Below, piece after piece: positions 28,201 through 42,598 of a stretch of DNA of 64,000 nucleotides. The notes beneath the pieces are model-generated. The model saw only the letters and a program-made list of their open reading frames with translations. It made no database searches and had not been told where the DNA came from. Where the stretch lies: contig CM120649.1 of NCBI GenBank assembly GCA_051362555.1, positions 11,346,001 to 11,410,000 of the forward strand, read 5' to 3'. Positions within the stretch are counted from its first letter, which is position 1; each line of letters starts with the position of its first letter. The position numbers and the translations under genes were made by a program. The stretch comes from Lingula anatina. Taxonomy: Eukaryota; Animalia; Brachiopoda.

Positions 28201-31200
28201 ACAAAAAAAGAAAAAAAATTCCACGTCAAAAACTAGCATAAACTTTAAGACTGGTTTGTTTTTGTGCTGGAGCCAAAATATTCACATTAATCTTGAGAAA
28301 AACGTGTTTTTATCTTAAATCAACATTATGAAACAGAAGCCACGTCTATAATACTACTGTTCATTGCCCTTTGGTAAGATGTGTTGTAATCGAATTTAGT
28401 ATTCAAGGACAGGTAGAAAAACAAAAACCCATCAATAAGATTAAAAACACCATTATACATGCAGTATACATTATCTGGTAACGGTATGTAAAGAAAAATC
28501 TATTTGAGCGGGCTTATGGAAAATATCTGAGAGAGAGAAAGAGAGGACGAGAAAGCATATTTCATTTTGGATGAGCTTACAGTTAAACACTGCTTGAAAC
28601 CCTTTCTTTGTATTGGATCCATCGGTTTGGAACCGCACAAGGAGACTTTTTGCCTTGATGTCCCCGCTTGGCTTGTTGGTGCCGCAGATTCGGGGATAAA
28701 TAGCAACTCCTGAGATTGGGTCGACAATCTATATAATAAAAGATAATATACCTATTGTGATAAAATTAATATACTAAATAAAGTAAAGTTCTTGAATGCT
28801 GGTTGCGTAATTCCCACAGGGTATCTTTTCAGTGACTAATCGGGAATTAAGAGGGAAGCTTTTTAGTGGGTCCTCATATTTGATCTACGAATCTGTTACA
28901 CCGCTGTTCTGAATGCACTATAAAAGAAAGGCACGGTCTCATTTTTAACTAGAATTGTGAATAAAAATATTGTCCTGGGTTACTCCCTGAACCTACCAAA
29001 TCATATCCGCCCTTGATTTTCACCCGCTATTTTCCATTAGGGAAAAGTAATATTTGGTCATAAAAAAATTTTTACTTCTTGGAAAAATGTAATATTATTA
29101 TTTTAATACATAATTTAATATTATTTAATTTCATATATGAACAAGCACAGAGAAATCACCAGACGGACAGACAAAAGACAGATAAACAAAACACAGTCAT
29201 GGCCTCTTGCTGTGTATACAATGCAACTGCCTCACAATTCTGATATTAGAATAGACTTACATCTATATAATCAGAACACCCAGATTGTAATTCAAATTCT
29301 CCCACAAATGACAAGGCGACACAGGATTCCTGATCATCCAGTGTAATGGTGTACTCGCACTTAATATTATCAGGGTATGCTATTGGGTAAAACGGCGACT
29401 TTATCTCTCCGGTACCAGCAATAAAATTGCCGTCACGGCACGGATTTTCTGGAAACGTTGATATGGAAGGCATAATGTACAGATATACATCTGGATGCAT
29501 ATACAAGTATAAACGTCTGAATACGGATCGTTAATGTTTAGATAAACAAATGAATTACTTGCTACATTAATAATTAAGTAAAACAAATTGAGGTGACATA
29601 TTAAATGTCTTTGCCTTAAATAGAAATATGACAAACTAGGCGTATAGCGGTTAACGTACCATTTCTGTTGGACAATTTACTTGTTAAATAACTGTACTAC
29701 ATTTATTTTAACTGTATTACTGACAGTATGTTTACAGCGCCGATAGCTAATATTTACCAGTTTGTCGTGCACACTCCTCAGTTGCTGATGTTTGAAAATG
29801 TAAATAAAATATAACTTTTCAATAGTGAATAACAGTCAGTGTGTATAAGCTACATAAAGATCTTAAATTTAAACTATAACATGACGACAATTAATGTTCA
29901 TACTGGGTACATTATAAATGGACACGGTGCCGTTCAACAAAAGCACTTAAGAGTATTGACAAGTTTTCAAATGTGGTGTACAGTCCCTTTTTGCTAATGA
30001 ACCATGTTAAAGGCTAACAAGCATAATTTATTTACTTACTGTTACAGTATATAGCCATGAATCCGGCATCACCACCGGAATCATCCGCATGGAAATGAAT
30101 CCACAAGCCATTTTGGTCAAACACTGGGGTTGGTATACTGTTTCCACAAGTGTGGGATAGAACGTCACCAGTTGAAGACCTTATCTGTTGGCAAATTATT
30201 TCTTTTTTTAATGTGATGATCACCTCATACTGCGATACATATAGGAAATTATACTTCAATGAATGTAAACCCTGTGCTTTGATTGTCAAAAAATAATACA
30301 CTACTATTCAATGGATAAATATGAAATCGTAACACGATTGCCTACTTTTGGCACTACCCCAAAGGCAAATTTTAAGCAATAATATATGAGTATGAGGCTC
30401 TCCTCTGGATAAGAATGGGAGTATCGTTTGGAACGAACCAAGACATCCATCACTTCCAAACTGAATATTGATTTGATCATATTAAATGAAAGTCTGTTGT
30501 GTCATATTTCGCCGTTGCCAGTGGCATGATTTAAAACTCTTTTAATGTTATCAAGTATTACGAAGCATACACTGATACTTGAATGCAATGCGCCATAGCT
30601 AATTATTATAAAATTAGGTACTGCAAACTGCCCACCCACCTGCACGTAATCTCCTGTACAGTTGTCGCTTGAAGTCACTAGAAATGATACAAAAGCAAGT
30701 GCCACGCCCATTCCGGGTTCAGCAGGTTTAACAGTGTAGTAACAATCGGTGCTGGGGTCGTAATTTGCCACTGGAAAGTTTGGTGTGGTGACGTAAGTGG
30801 AATTGGACTCACCCCCGCAAGTGCTTGTTACACCGCCTGCAGTAATGTATTTTATGACATTAGAACATCCCAACAAGTGGCATATATTTATATACATGTA
30901 ACAGGGGAGATTCTTTGTTGTTGGGTTCGTCTCCGTATTGGTCACTTCCCATGACAGAACTCAGAAGAGCATTAATTATTTAACGACCCTGTTATAATTA
31001 ATGTGTTCGTTGGAAACGCATGTACCTAACCAAAAAAGATTGTAATTTTCAATTGGTATTCGAAACATGTGTCAACAAACTACATGTTGTCGTTTTAACA
31101 TATCGGTGTGATGATGTACTGTTAAATAAGGTGGTTGTCATTCAGCGGCAGAAGGGACGTGTCATAGAAGTATAAAACATTTTCTTAAAACTGTTAATTT

Positions 31201-34200
31201 AACCGTTTCCATTATAAGAAAACACTAAGAATTAACGCTCCCATATTAGCTAGTTATCAGCTGAACTCATCTGATAAAACTATATATTAAATGTATTATA
31301 TGTTTCTTCCTTACCCACCTTTTAGACGACAATCTCCAATTGCTGTGCAAAAATGAAAGTATAAATTGGATGAAAAAAGCTTCTGTGAAAATGCCCTTAT
31401 TAACAGTTAAAAATGGGAAATCTTGAAATCGTATATTGGCATACCATCCATTACAACAAAAAACAGAAAAACATTTGTTGAGAATACATTGGTTTATGTT
31501 TTTACTGTTATCTTTATTAATTAGTTATATGTATGGTGTTGTTTATTGATATGGCATTAAATTTCTCCCTCTCCAACGTTTTCTGGTAGCATATAAAAAT
31601 AAATAAATGACTAAATAAACGAAAAATGACAATGACAAGATCAAATGAAAAACCGAAAGCTAGAAAACTTAATATCTGATAAGTGATATTTTGATTCATA
31701 AATTTGAGACGAGCCATAACCCCCCATTTCAACAATTTGATAAAAACATGATAAAAAACTGTTTGTTTGAACTCTAAATGTGTTGTCTCTGTTAGGCATA
31801 ATATTTCGGCCCTTCATCAATGAAGATTAAGTAGCGTGAACAATGGCCTAGCTAGGTCTAAACATTGCGTCTAACTAGAGAAAATACTGGTACGTTTAGT
31901 CTCTTTAAAAAATGTATCTCTTTACCAATATGAGAATTTTTAAAAAAAATATGTATCGATCTCGAAGTCTATCGGCCAGTACTCACATTCATGGTACACT
32001 GCTTTAAATCCCTTCCCTATATTTGTAGAATCAGAATGGAAGCGGACCTCCAGAAAACCCGCATGTACTGCAACACTGGGCGCGTTACTACCGCAGGTCC
32101 TTGGAATAAGGGTTTCCATGCTGACTGGGTTAATCACCTTGTGTATATTTAAAGTATGATAAAATACAATTTTACCAGTACGTTTACATTAACAGTTTTG
32201 TGTGACTAAAAGTATTTCGAATTAATTTATTGTGTTTAAAATTCACATGTAACGACACTTTGAACATGTTATATGCAGCATCAAATTAGGAAATGTCCAT
32301 GGTGTCCCCATTATAACAATAAAAAGGACAGAACTAACAAGCTGCTATGAAATAAAGATTTAAATTGTTGCACCGACCTCAACATAGTCATCACATTCAG
32401 CCTCGATATCAAACTCGTCCACAAAGGTCAAGATCACGCATGATTCTGGCTTATAAGGTGCTATATTGTACTTGCAGTCAACGTTTTTTGTGTATCCATA
32501 CGGATAAAAAGGTGACGTGATTTCACCACTGCCATCAAGAAAAGTGGATTCTCCGCATGGGTTAGCTGCAATACCAGAAGTTAATAACTCACACAATGAG
32601 CACTGAACCTTTATATAACTTTGTATTGAGTTATTTAAATAAACACACAATACATTTTCTGACACCATTCTCGCTTCCTGACAAGTTGCACATTTTCACT
32701 TTTAGTAAAAATCGAACTAGATCGATGGAAGAATGTACCATGGTGACGAATTTGGCATATTTATGCTATTTATGCTTTAAGTGTGACAACCGGTAAATAT
32801 AATAATTATTATTTTAATTTTTTAAAATTGCTTAATTTACTGATGTTCCTTATTAAGTTCCACATGGACAAAAAATTCCACTCACTTACTTTTCATAAAA
32901 TAAAAAAATTAAATGGACCTATATATTGTGACTGAGTGCACAGCATAAACAATATTCATAAACAATATTCTTCAAATACATCAAAAATGATATTTACCAA
33001 TCAATTCTTGACACTCATCGGTGGCTGGCATATAAAGTAAACGTAAAGTTAATATCAATGTCACATTTATCTACAAGAATCTATGACACAAGAAAAATAC
33101 TCAAAAGTTTACAGTGATGATTGCAATTTTTACAGTATCAAAACTGATGCAAGTGATTTAACTAGTATGGGCTATGGCAAAAAAAAAAAATGATTTAGTC
33201 ATGATCATCAGTTTTGGTACTATTCTCCAGAGTGAACATATACTCAAACTTGCATATACATTAATAAACATTTATTCTTAATGAGATGAATTCGGTCCTT
33301 GATTTATCTTACTTACAGTGACAATAAATGGCCTGGAAACCTATATCGACCGTCCCGCCATCTGTGTGGAAGTGGATCCACAAGCCATTTGTGTCATAGA
33401 CTGAACCAGGTACATTGGAACCACACCTCTTTGACAATTGACTCCCTGATGATGACTCGCTTCTTATCTGTTCAAATAGAATATTATGCGATAACAATAT
33501 ATAGCAACAAGAAGAAAGACAAGTGCTTTAGCGCGCTCTGTTAAAATTGTGAAAATGCTCCTGCAGCTTAATTCTGATGTCTGCTCTCAACTTTGTCTCA
33601 AACTTAATTAAATCTTCTTTTTTCTAGATTCAACAGGTAAGTTTTGTTAACTATCACATGGGTATAAAATAATACCTCAACATAGTCGTCTTGACAGCTG
33701 CCATCGTATTCTAAACCAAAGACAACAAAAGTGAGTGCCACGCCCCCTCCCGGCAGAAGTGGTGTAATGGTGTAGTAGCAGTCAGTATTGTCGACATACT
33801 GCAGCGGGTAGTTAGGACTGGTGATAACACCGGAATCGAAAACTTCCCCACAGGAACTTATGACGAGAAAGTCTATGAAAAGGATAAATGCATACCATTT
33901 GACATAGAAATAAAAGAAAGATATGTAATGATAATTTTCCTTTTAGATGTTAAATCAATTTCTAATGCATTCCAATTTTTGTCACGAGATTCTAAAATCA
34001 AGCACCGTAGTTATATAATAAAAGAATCTGGAAATGTACATGTAAATTTCACTAATTAATACTGAAATTATAAGTCAGAATTTAATCTTGAACCCGCTCA
34101 CAGGATGCAACTCCTTAAATATATCACTACCAGTAACATCATTCTTGTTAGGTTAAATTAGGTTAAAAGGAAAAACCAGATATCAATACTTATTTGAACT

Positions 34201-37200
34201 ACCTTGGCGTCCCTGTGAAGTAAACAAAAAGTCTTTTATGCAAAGTGCACATTAAACAAACGCCAACCTTTCCCACTTACTATTCATATACCTCTCCGCC
34301 AATTTATCCAATTTATAATTGAATGAATTTTAATCTTTTTTCATTGTTATATATCAATTTATTTACCATCAAACGACAACTGTACTTATACGAAGCAACA
34401 TAAAAAAGCACTCTTAAAATTTTAAAATACTCACAAATGTAATAATTTTATTTTAAGCTGGGCACACTTAATTATTTTATACGAGCATTCTATAGTAGCT
34501 ATCCATAGGAAAGTACGAAAGCCACATGTGTTTCTATACTAAAAGTAATAACAGGCACGACTGGTAGTTTCAAAGTTTAACTTTACTGTGACATTTTCAC
34601 AAATCCGTTTATATACCTGGCTTAGGTCACGCCTATCAAACAATGGCCAAGTAACGGAAGAAGAAATATAATTTGAGTATTTGCGCAATGAGCGGTTAGA
34701 TATTTACATGCATAACCTATGTGGCCCATCTACGCAGAATAAATATATACGTTTATGTTTATTTCAATGCCGCGGGCAGGTGCGAATTCTGCTCTGCAAA
34801 TAAGAAAGTTGATAAGGCTTTCACACTGGGGTATTGCTTGAAGAAGTGTCGCATTTTAAATGAATTTAACTATAATGTTTAGCCTTGTTCAAACCACCAC
34901 GTTTTATTTTTGATTTTTGATTTATTTATTTTTGTTGAAAAGTTCCATAGCAAGAGCGAATGTAAATACAGTTACTGAGAGTTGAGTTACCTTTTGTAGA
35001 ATGATGATAAAAATTAATCGTCCCTTATCTTCTTAGTATGAAGCATAGCATTTCGAACATATTCATATAGACCTTAGTCACATGACTGACTTCTGGAATT
35101 CATAACGACAAGGCAGTCATGTAACAATGGCCCTTTATGGATGGGTCGAAATACCATGTCTCGCAGGTTGGATATCTGTCTTTTTTAAAAACAATTACTT
35201 TTATTACCATACAGTATATGTATTTAATATATTGTTTCTTACCTGGCATTTGGCAATCCTTTGTTGCTACAAAATGAATAATTATTTTTAGAAAGCGGAT
35301 GGTGAAACGATTAAAATGTTCAAGATACATGTTCACTAAACAACGAGGTCCTGCCTCACGAAAAAATTTCCACGTCAAAAACTGGCATAAACTTTAAGAC
35401 TGGTCTGTTTTTATGCTGGATGAATCATTAAGAGAAATGGCAAAAAGTCAGGTTAGATCGCCTCTATTTTAGTAGAATACTCCATCTTGAGTCGAAATAC
35501 GTGTAGTCATTCTTATTTTGAGTCAAAATGGAAATTTTCATATTGAGCCAAAATATTCATATTAATCTTGAGCAAAAAATATTTTTATCGTAAATCAACG
35601 TTCAGCTTAGGTTTCCTTGTGAAACAGAAGACGCGTCTAATACTACTGTTCATTTGGTACGATTCGTTGTAATCAAACTTAGCATTCAAGGACAGGAAAA
35701 ACTAAAAACTCATTAATAAGATTAAAAAACACCATTACACATGCAATACACATTATCTGGTAACGGTATGAAAAGAAAAATCTATTTGAGCGCACTTTTA
35801 GAAAACAGCGAAAGAAAGAGAAAGGGCGAGAAAGCGGATTTCATCACCGATGATCTTACAGTTAAACGTGGCTTGAAACCCCTTCTTTCTATTGGATCCG
35901 TCGGTTTGGAACCGTACAAGGAGGCTTTTTGCTTTTATCTCCCCGCTTGGCTTGTTGGTGCCGCAGATACGGGGATAAATAGCAACTCCTGAGATTGGGT
36001 CGACAATCTAGATAATAAAAGACGATACTCTTATTGTGATATAATTAATATACTAAATAAGGCTAAGTTATTAAAAGTTTAATTTTTCTTAATGACCTTT
36101 TTGTGTGGTGTGAAACGCTGTGCTCATTACAGAATATATGGACAACAGTTCTGAGACAAACTTTAAGGGCAAATTCAGTACAGCAGACTAACAGATCCGC
36201 AGATCAAATATAGTCGACCCACTTGAATGCTGGTTGCGTAATTCGCTCGAGATATCTTTTCAGTGTCTAATCGGGAATTAAGCGGCAAGCTTTTTAGTGG
36301 GTCGTCATATTTGATCTGTGGGTCTGTTAGTCCGCTGTTGTGAATGCGCTCTAAGGGAAAGACAGGGTTTCATTTCTAACTAGAATTGTGAATCAAAATA
36401 TTGTCCCGCATAACTCCCTAAACTCACCAAATCATATCCGCCCGTGATTTTCACCAGCTATTTCCCATTAGAGGAAGGTAAAATTTAGTCAAAAAATAGT
36501 AATTATAGGTCTTGGAAATTTTAAAATAAAAACGAAAGCCATTTTATAGGAACAAGCACAGAGAAATCGCCAGACAGACAGATAAAAGACAGTCATCAGG
36601 CCCGTAGTCTGGGGGGGGGGGGGAATTCGGGGGGTTCGAAAGAACCACCCTTTTTGGTGGGAAAAGGTCCACTCTGGGTAAAATTTGATCTATGTACATG
36701 TATTTGAGGATTTTATGGTTAAAGGTCCACTTTTTCATAACCCCCCCTCTGGCTACGGGCCTGGACATGGCCTCTTGCTGTGTATACAACGCAACGGCCT
36801 CACAATTCTGATATAAGCATAGACTTACATCTATATAATCAGAACAGTCCGATTCTAGTTCAAATTCTCCCACAAAGGACAAGGCGACACAGGAGTCCGG
36901 ATCATCCGGTGTAATGGTGTACTCGCACTTAATATTATTAAGGTATGATATTGGATAAAACGGCGATTGTATCTCTCCTGTACCAGCAGTAAAGTTGCCG
37001 CCACTGCATGGGTTATCTGGAAACATTGATAGAGAAGGCAAAATGATGAAAATGATAGGTAAAGATGGATGGGTAGATAATCTAATATTTGGTTTGTTTG
37101 TGTATATTAAAACAAATGAATGGATTGGTAAATCAATGAGTATATAGATATTGGTCGAGATAACATACTTTAATATTTTGTATTATATTAAATATATTTT

Positions 37201-39243
37201 AAACTTTTGTATTCTATTGGTTTACTTTAAACACCGTATGTCGAAACAAAAATGATACTGTATTCTTTGTGCTTTTGAGTTGTTTTGAAATTCTCAGCAG
37301 TAAAAAAAGATGCGCTTTGTTACTTACTTATCTGCTCTGTACATTCCTGTATGGCTTAAAAAGAAAATGTTATTTAAGAAAACCAATGGTCATATTGATA
37401 TCTGGATAAATGAACTGCCAAGACCATTGTGCTATTTACTAAATACACTTGAACACAAATTTTAACTTGTCTCTCTCGGTACATTATCTTTATTTGAGTA
37501 AGTAAAGATTTATTTCGATAATCATTTGAATTCCATCTACAGCTATTGCATTTTAAAAAAGCCAGTTCCTAAGATCTCTGGATTTTCTATGTGTTTTGTG
37601 ACATATTGACTTTAGAAGTTTAAACGTATTCATTGTTTTCACAAAACAGACAACAATACATAGGAATATTACTGGATGAAAAAAAGCGAACACACAAGCA
37701 AACACAACGCCTTAACCTATTTTGTGTACAAGAAGTAAAGTAGGCTGTCAGGCCGACGTCGTAGTGAGAAAATTGAATTGTGGTATAAAGTCAATTTTAT
37801 AGCTTATTATCGATACATGTATGATAGGGTAATGAGTAATCAATCTCAGATAAGCATCGTTGAATTTTTCATATAAAGAAGACATTTTGCGACGCACTTT
37901 CGTGCATGACCGTGCCTCGACAGTCTTTATTTTTTCGTTATACCACACTTTTGCATTTTCATCATAATACAATTCTATAAATTATAAAGACCAAAATACG
38001 TGTATTAATTTTGAAATGTTTTCTTTTCTCAAAGCAGTACTAATTTTCTAGCCTTTGGAGCATTGTTACAACCCACTTTGAAAAAATTACGAAATTTGAA
38101 AAATTTTTTCAAATCGCGTCAAAAATGGGACAAAGTCAACGCGATTTGAAAAAATATTTCAAATTGCGTTAAAATCGTTGACAGACTCAACGCAATTTGA
38201 AAGAAAAATGTAATATTTCAAATTGCGTCAAACAGGCGCATTTTAACACACTTTGAAAAATTTTAAGAAAAATGTTAAGATGAGTATCTGCCTATGCCTA
38301 ATCACCTGACTTTCTATAGGCCTATATATACAATGGCCTATTTGGTAGAAATGCGGTTGCTGGGAAGTTGTAGGCCTATAAATAGCAAACCAGGGGCCCG
38401 TTGCTCAAAGCCCTCTTAAGGCCCGCTTCTTAACCAAAATTAGAGACCCTTTTAATAATTTCACTTCATTTTGGCCTATCAAGTTTCATTTTCCCTTTGC
38501 ATTTTCCGAAATTTCTTCTTGCCTTTTGCAATCGACAGATTCATTCAAGAAAATAAATTGATAATAAGCATGTCAACTGAATTCATAACCTCAAGCAAAA
38601 TGAAATAATTTATGAATGTATGTTCTTAACGCAGTTTGAAATAATTTTTCGAACTGCGTTGACCCAGTCCACCAATTTAAGGCAGTTTGAAATATTTTTT
38701 CAAATTGCGTTGAGTCTGTCCACGAATTTAACGCAATTTGAAATATTTTTCAAATCGCGTTGACTTTGTCCCATTTTTGACGCGATTTGAAATTTTTTTT
38801 CAAATTGCGTAATTTTTTCAAAGTGGGTTGTAACCTAGAGCATAGTCAGAATGCTGCGATCTGAACATGGCACAAGAAGGCCTCATAAACCAGAATTTCT
38901 GTTCGTGCTCTCGAGCCACAGATTTAGTGGTCGCGACCATCACATAAAATAGCACTAACAATTTGCCCCCCTTTCACCCGGATCTCTCACCGTTTACATT
39001 AGGTGTCCTTTTTCTTAACCCCGAACTACATGTATTTTCAATATTAATTCCAATGTTCTCTCTATAATCACCGGCACTTACTGAACGCGCCGAAAGGGTA
39101 GGTTAAAAGGCTTGACGGTTCGCAATTTGTATCGCGGTGCCCGCCACATTTTTACGTTCGCGCCATGAAAACACGGTTGGAGTCTTAATAATTCGACAGC
39201 ATTCAGAGGCATGAACGACTATAATGCCCCACTAGACCGTAGC

Positions 39244-39287
<44 letters not shown>

Positions 39288-39296
39288 TTTTGTGTG

Positions 39297-39327
<31 letters not shown>

Positions 39328-42300
39328 TGAGGGGGGGAGGTAGGTCCTAAGTTATCCTAGTGTAGGTCATATTTCATTTTGTTTAGCTTACAGGAGCAAC
39401 AGAGTCATGCCACTTTGGTAACACGTACAACACACACTTACTGCCACAGTACACTGCCAGGAATCCTGAGAAGTCGTTATTTATGCTACTGCTGTGGAAA
39501 TGGATCCATATGCCGTTCGGATCAAACACAGTCGACGGTGCGGTGCCGCAATATTTGCCCAGAGAGTTTCCCCCGGAGGACTCACTTTTGATCTATAGAG
39601 ATATATATAAGTTTCAGAGATCAAACGAAGAAGAATTTTGGCTCCTCTCAACGTAGGACTAAACGTGCGACGTATGCTAATTATACAAAACCAAAACATA
39701 TGTAGTAGCCTATCTATGGACCCATATACACAGCCCTTACCTGATGTCATGGGTCAAAATCTTTGCTAATTATACATGTATGATGATAACAATGTCCGGT
39801 TTTCACACACACACACACACACACACACAAACATACACACAAACACACACATAGAGGGATACCTACATCCACATAATCGTGGCAGCTACCACTGGTATGT
39901 AATTCATATGTGACGAAAGCAACAGCAACTCCTCCTCGCGGCACACTGGGAAGTATAGTGTAGTAGCAGTCGTGATTGTCACCATAGAAATTGGGGTAAT
40001 TCGGAGTTGCTATCGTGCCATGACCAGCAGTAAACGTTCCACCACATGCTATACAAGAGAAGTAAATAATACATATATATTTGAAATCCTATAATTACAA
40101 TAAAATCAAACTCAGCTGTGAACCTTATTTCAAATGTGTTGCGCATGCATGGGTGTGTACGCACGCGCGGGTAGGTTGTGGTTAAGAGGAGGGGGGACTT
40201 ACGGTTGATATTTGGATTGTTGGGTGGTTGGGCGGGGGGGGGGGGGAGATGATGAAAGTACAGCACATGTCTGTGTCCAGTGCGTGGTCAGTTTTGTGAC
40301 AAATGTGCGTGTATTTTTGTGGGTATAAAACGCAATTAAAAGGTGGATGTTTTTCCTTCACTTAAATCTCCATGGGCAGCACCAAAAGGACAAGTATTAA
40401 CAGATAAGGGGGCTGGCAGAAATCGGTCAGATAATAACCATAGACTATGTATGGTTTCTATTTTGAACCTATAGGCCTATGTACATGTATATCGGCCTTA
40501 TCGACATGAGTCTTTCTGCAATTATAACTTGAAATGCACTCCAGTTATGCTCAATCTAAAATTCTACCGATCTCACCTCTTCTAGATTATTTCTATTTCG
40601 CTCACAACGGACTGAAAATGTGTTAAGTATGGCCAACGGGCCAAGTTTGGAGCCCTGGACAGACAAATGAATTCCTTCGAGGAGAACAGCAAAAGGTAGA
40701 CAGCGCGCTTACATAATGGACGAGATGACCAGTATCACTGCTAGAAGAGAAAATGTGTGTGTTTTGTCGGGGGAGAGCGGAAAATCATTCACCGACCCAT
40801 CCTTAATAGCTTTTAAGGTCTCTTGTGATGACTCGCATAAACATGGCCTAGGAGAGGCAAGTGTAGTACAATGTAGAGATCCAAGTCGAGAAGGCCGATG
40901 TAGGGTCAAAATAAGACACCAGTATTACCGGTAGTCACCTGGTCAAGCAAACTTCAAAACATGTTCCAACTCATTTGTGAGCAATATAAAGTGCTGATGC
41001 TCAGAGAGAAACAAAAAATCAAAAACTGCTTGTATTAACCAGCCGGTTGGTTATTCAGGTTCTTAGATTTCTTTTTCACCAGTAAGACAACTGAGACAGG
41101 CAGGTATAGTTTTCTGCTACATGATTTATTCAACCGACTGAAGACTCAGGTCTCTGCTCTCTCTCCCCATCTCTCTCTCACTACATGTCTCTTTACCTCT
41201 CTGTCTGTCCCTCCCTATAACTCAGTAGCTACTTTTATACTCTATCATAATTTACATTTCAAATGAACTTCCAAAACTGACATGCAACATGCCATGCCTA
41301 TATACATTAACTTAATTGTAGATACATTAAAATTATATCTTGATTTACATTTTAAATGAACTTCTCTAACTGACATGCAACATTGAATAATTAAAACTTA
41401 AACAAATATGCATATCTCATGTATGCAAATTTCGAAGACTATCAGTACAATTAATGGTTCACTGCTATTAATATAAGGATGTGTAGGCAAGGTCTTCCAA
41501 AACTTACAAAGAACAGAGGCAAGTTGGGTGATCAAACATGGGATAAATGGGAAACGTATTTAAGGTAATCCCGATTATTATGTATAAGGAGAGCTTACCG
41601 ATGGAGATTTGAGTTTTTATATTGAACTGTGAACCACGGTTATATTCGAAGGATACTTTTAAGCTACATGTATGTCAATGCATATATCATCTCAATGAAT
41701 AAAACTCACTTGTTGTGAGAGTTGTCACTACCGAACTAATAAAAAAAACATAAATAATAAGAACGCCCCGAAAAGCTCCACTGTCTTTCTGTGGGATGAC
41801 ATCCAATCTTAGTTTAAAAAAAAATGGGTCAAGCGAATTGCCCGCTTGCGGACTACATAATCTGGTAACATGTGATTTTGGAGAGATAAAAGTTGAAGCA
41901 CATTTTGTCCTCCGCCGTGACGTTTATTAAATCAGTCATTGTTGATTTCTTGCATGACTGCTTATGATTTTCATTTTCAACCTGAGAATTTCTGCGATTT
42001 ACCACACAACTAATTTTTTAATTATAATTTTCAAGTAAATAAAAAAGTAATAAAACCTCTTTGCGGATTAAAAAAACGTACTCCTTTTGGAAAGGCATAA
42101 TAGTTTATTTATTTATTTATATTGTAAACAATATTCTAGGCCTGACGGAGACCCGATGCTTAATAAAAACACATTGCTATAAAATAAATATATTCATATG
42201 GCTGCTGATGTGCTTGGCTAAAATGAATCTGAACTTCAAAACGCGCCGAAACACTAAATAATTATATCACGGGAGTTAAAATATTAGACTAATAATACAA

Positions 42301-42567
42301 AGCTGATGTGTGACGGAAAAAAATAAGTTTATCTCCTCAAAGGCGCAGAAACTGAAACACTAATCGTTCACGAGCCATTAGAGAAAATCTGCCGTATCTT
42401 GTCTACTTTCCCATTTTAACAGTCAAACGAATTACTAGTATTCAAATGGTTTACAATAAATCAAAAAATCTATCGGGGAAATATGCCTCGTATCCGCTAC
42501 TTAAAAGATGTCTAAAGTAGTGAAACCTGTACAATTTGCGTTTCACATTTATATGGATAAATAATAC

Positions 42568-42598
<31 letters not shown>

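Larger units (their letters stand above)
23390..37040. repeat. Older pair of ~7.3 kb four-CUB units (about 23.4-30.7 kb and 30.7-37.0 kb)
   Basis: Same exon order and readily alignable but diverged introns (e.g. 23740-24600 vs 31060-31950; 27000-28500 vs 34130-35800). Confidence 0.92.

Noticed and set aside
38064-38835. Repeat-spacer pattern resembling a CRISPR array
   Set aside because: Eukaryotic intron, units are mirrored in inverted arms with spacers reused, no cas genes; explained as TIR subrepeats.
40620-41110. hAT-like end (CAGGGCTCCAAACTT on the minus strand) and adjacent coding-looking stretch
   Set aside because: No partner TIR and no recognisable transposase motif.
40712-41735. 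Candidate microexons in the first coding intron (41710-41727 VTTLTT; 41599-41626; 40713-40740)
   Set aside because: Only the 18-nt form keeps frame and it needs to bypass a stronger AG 8 nt upstream; the 28-nt candidates break frame. Exon 1 joins CUB1 cleanly without them. Needs RNA data.
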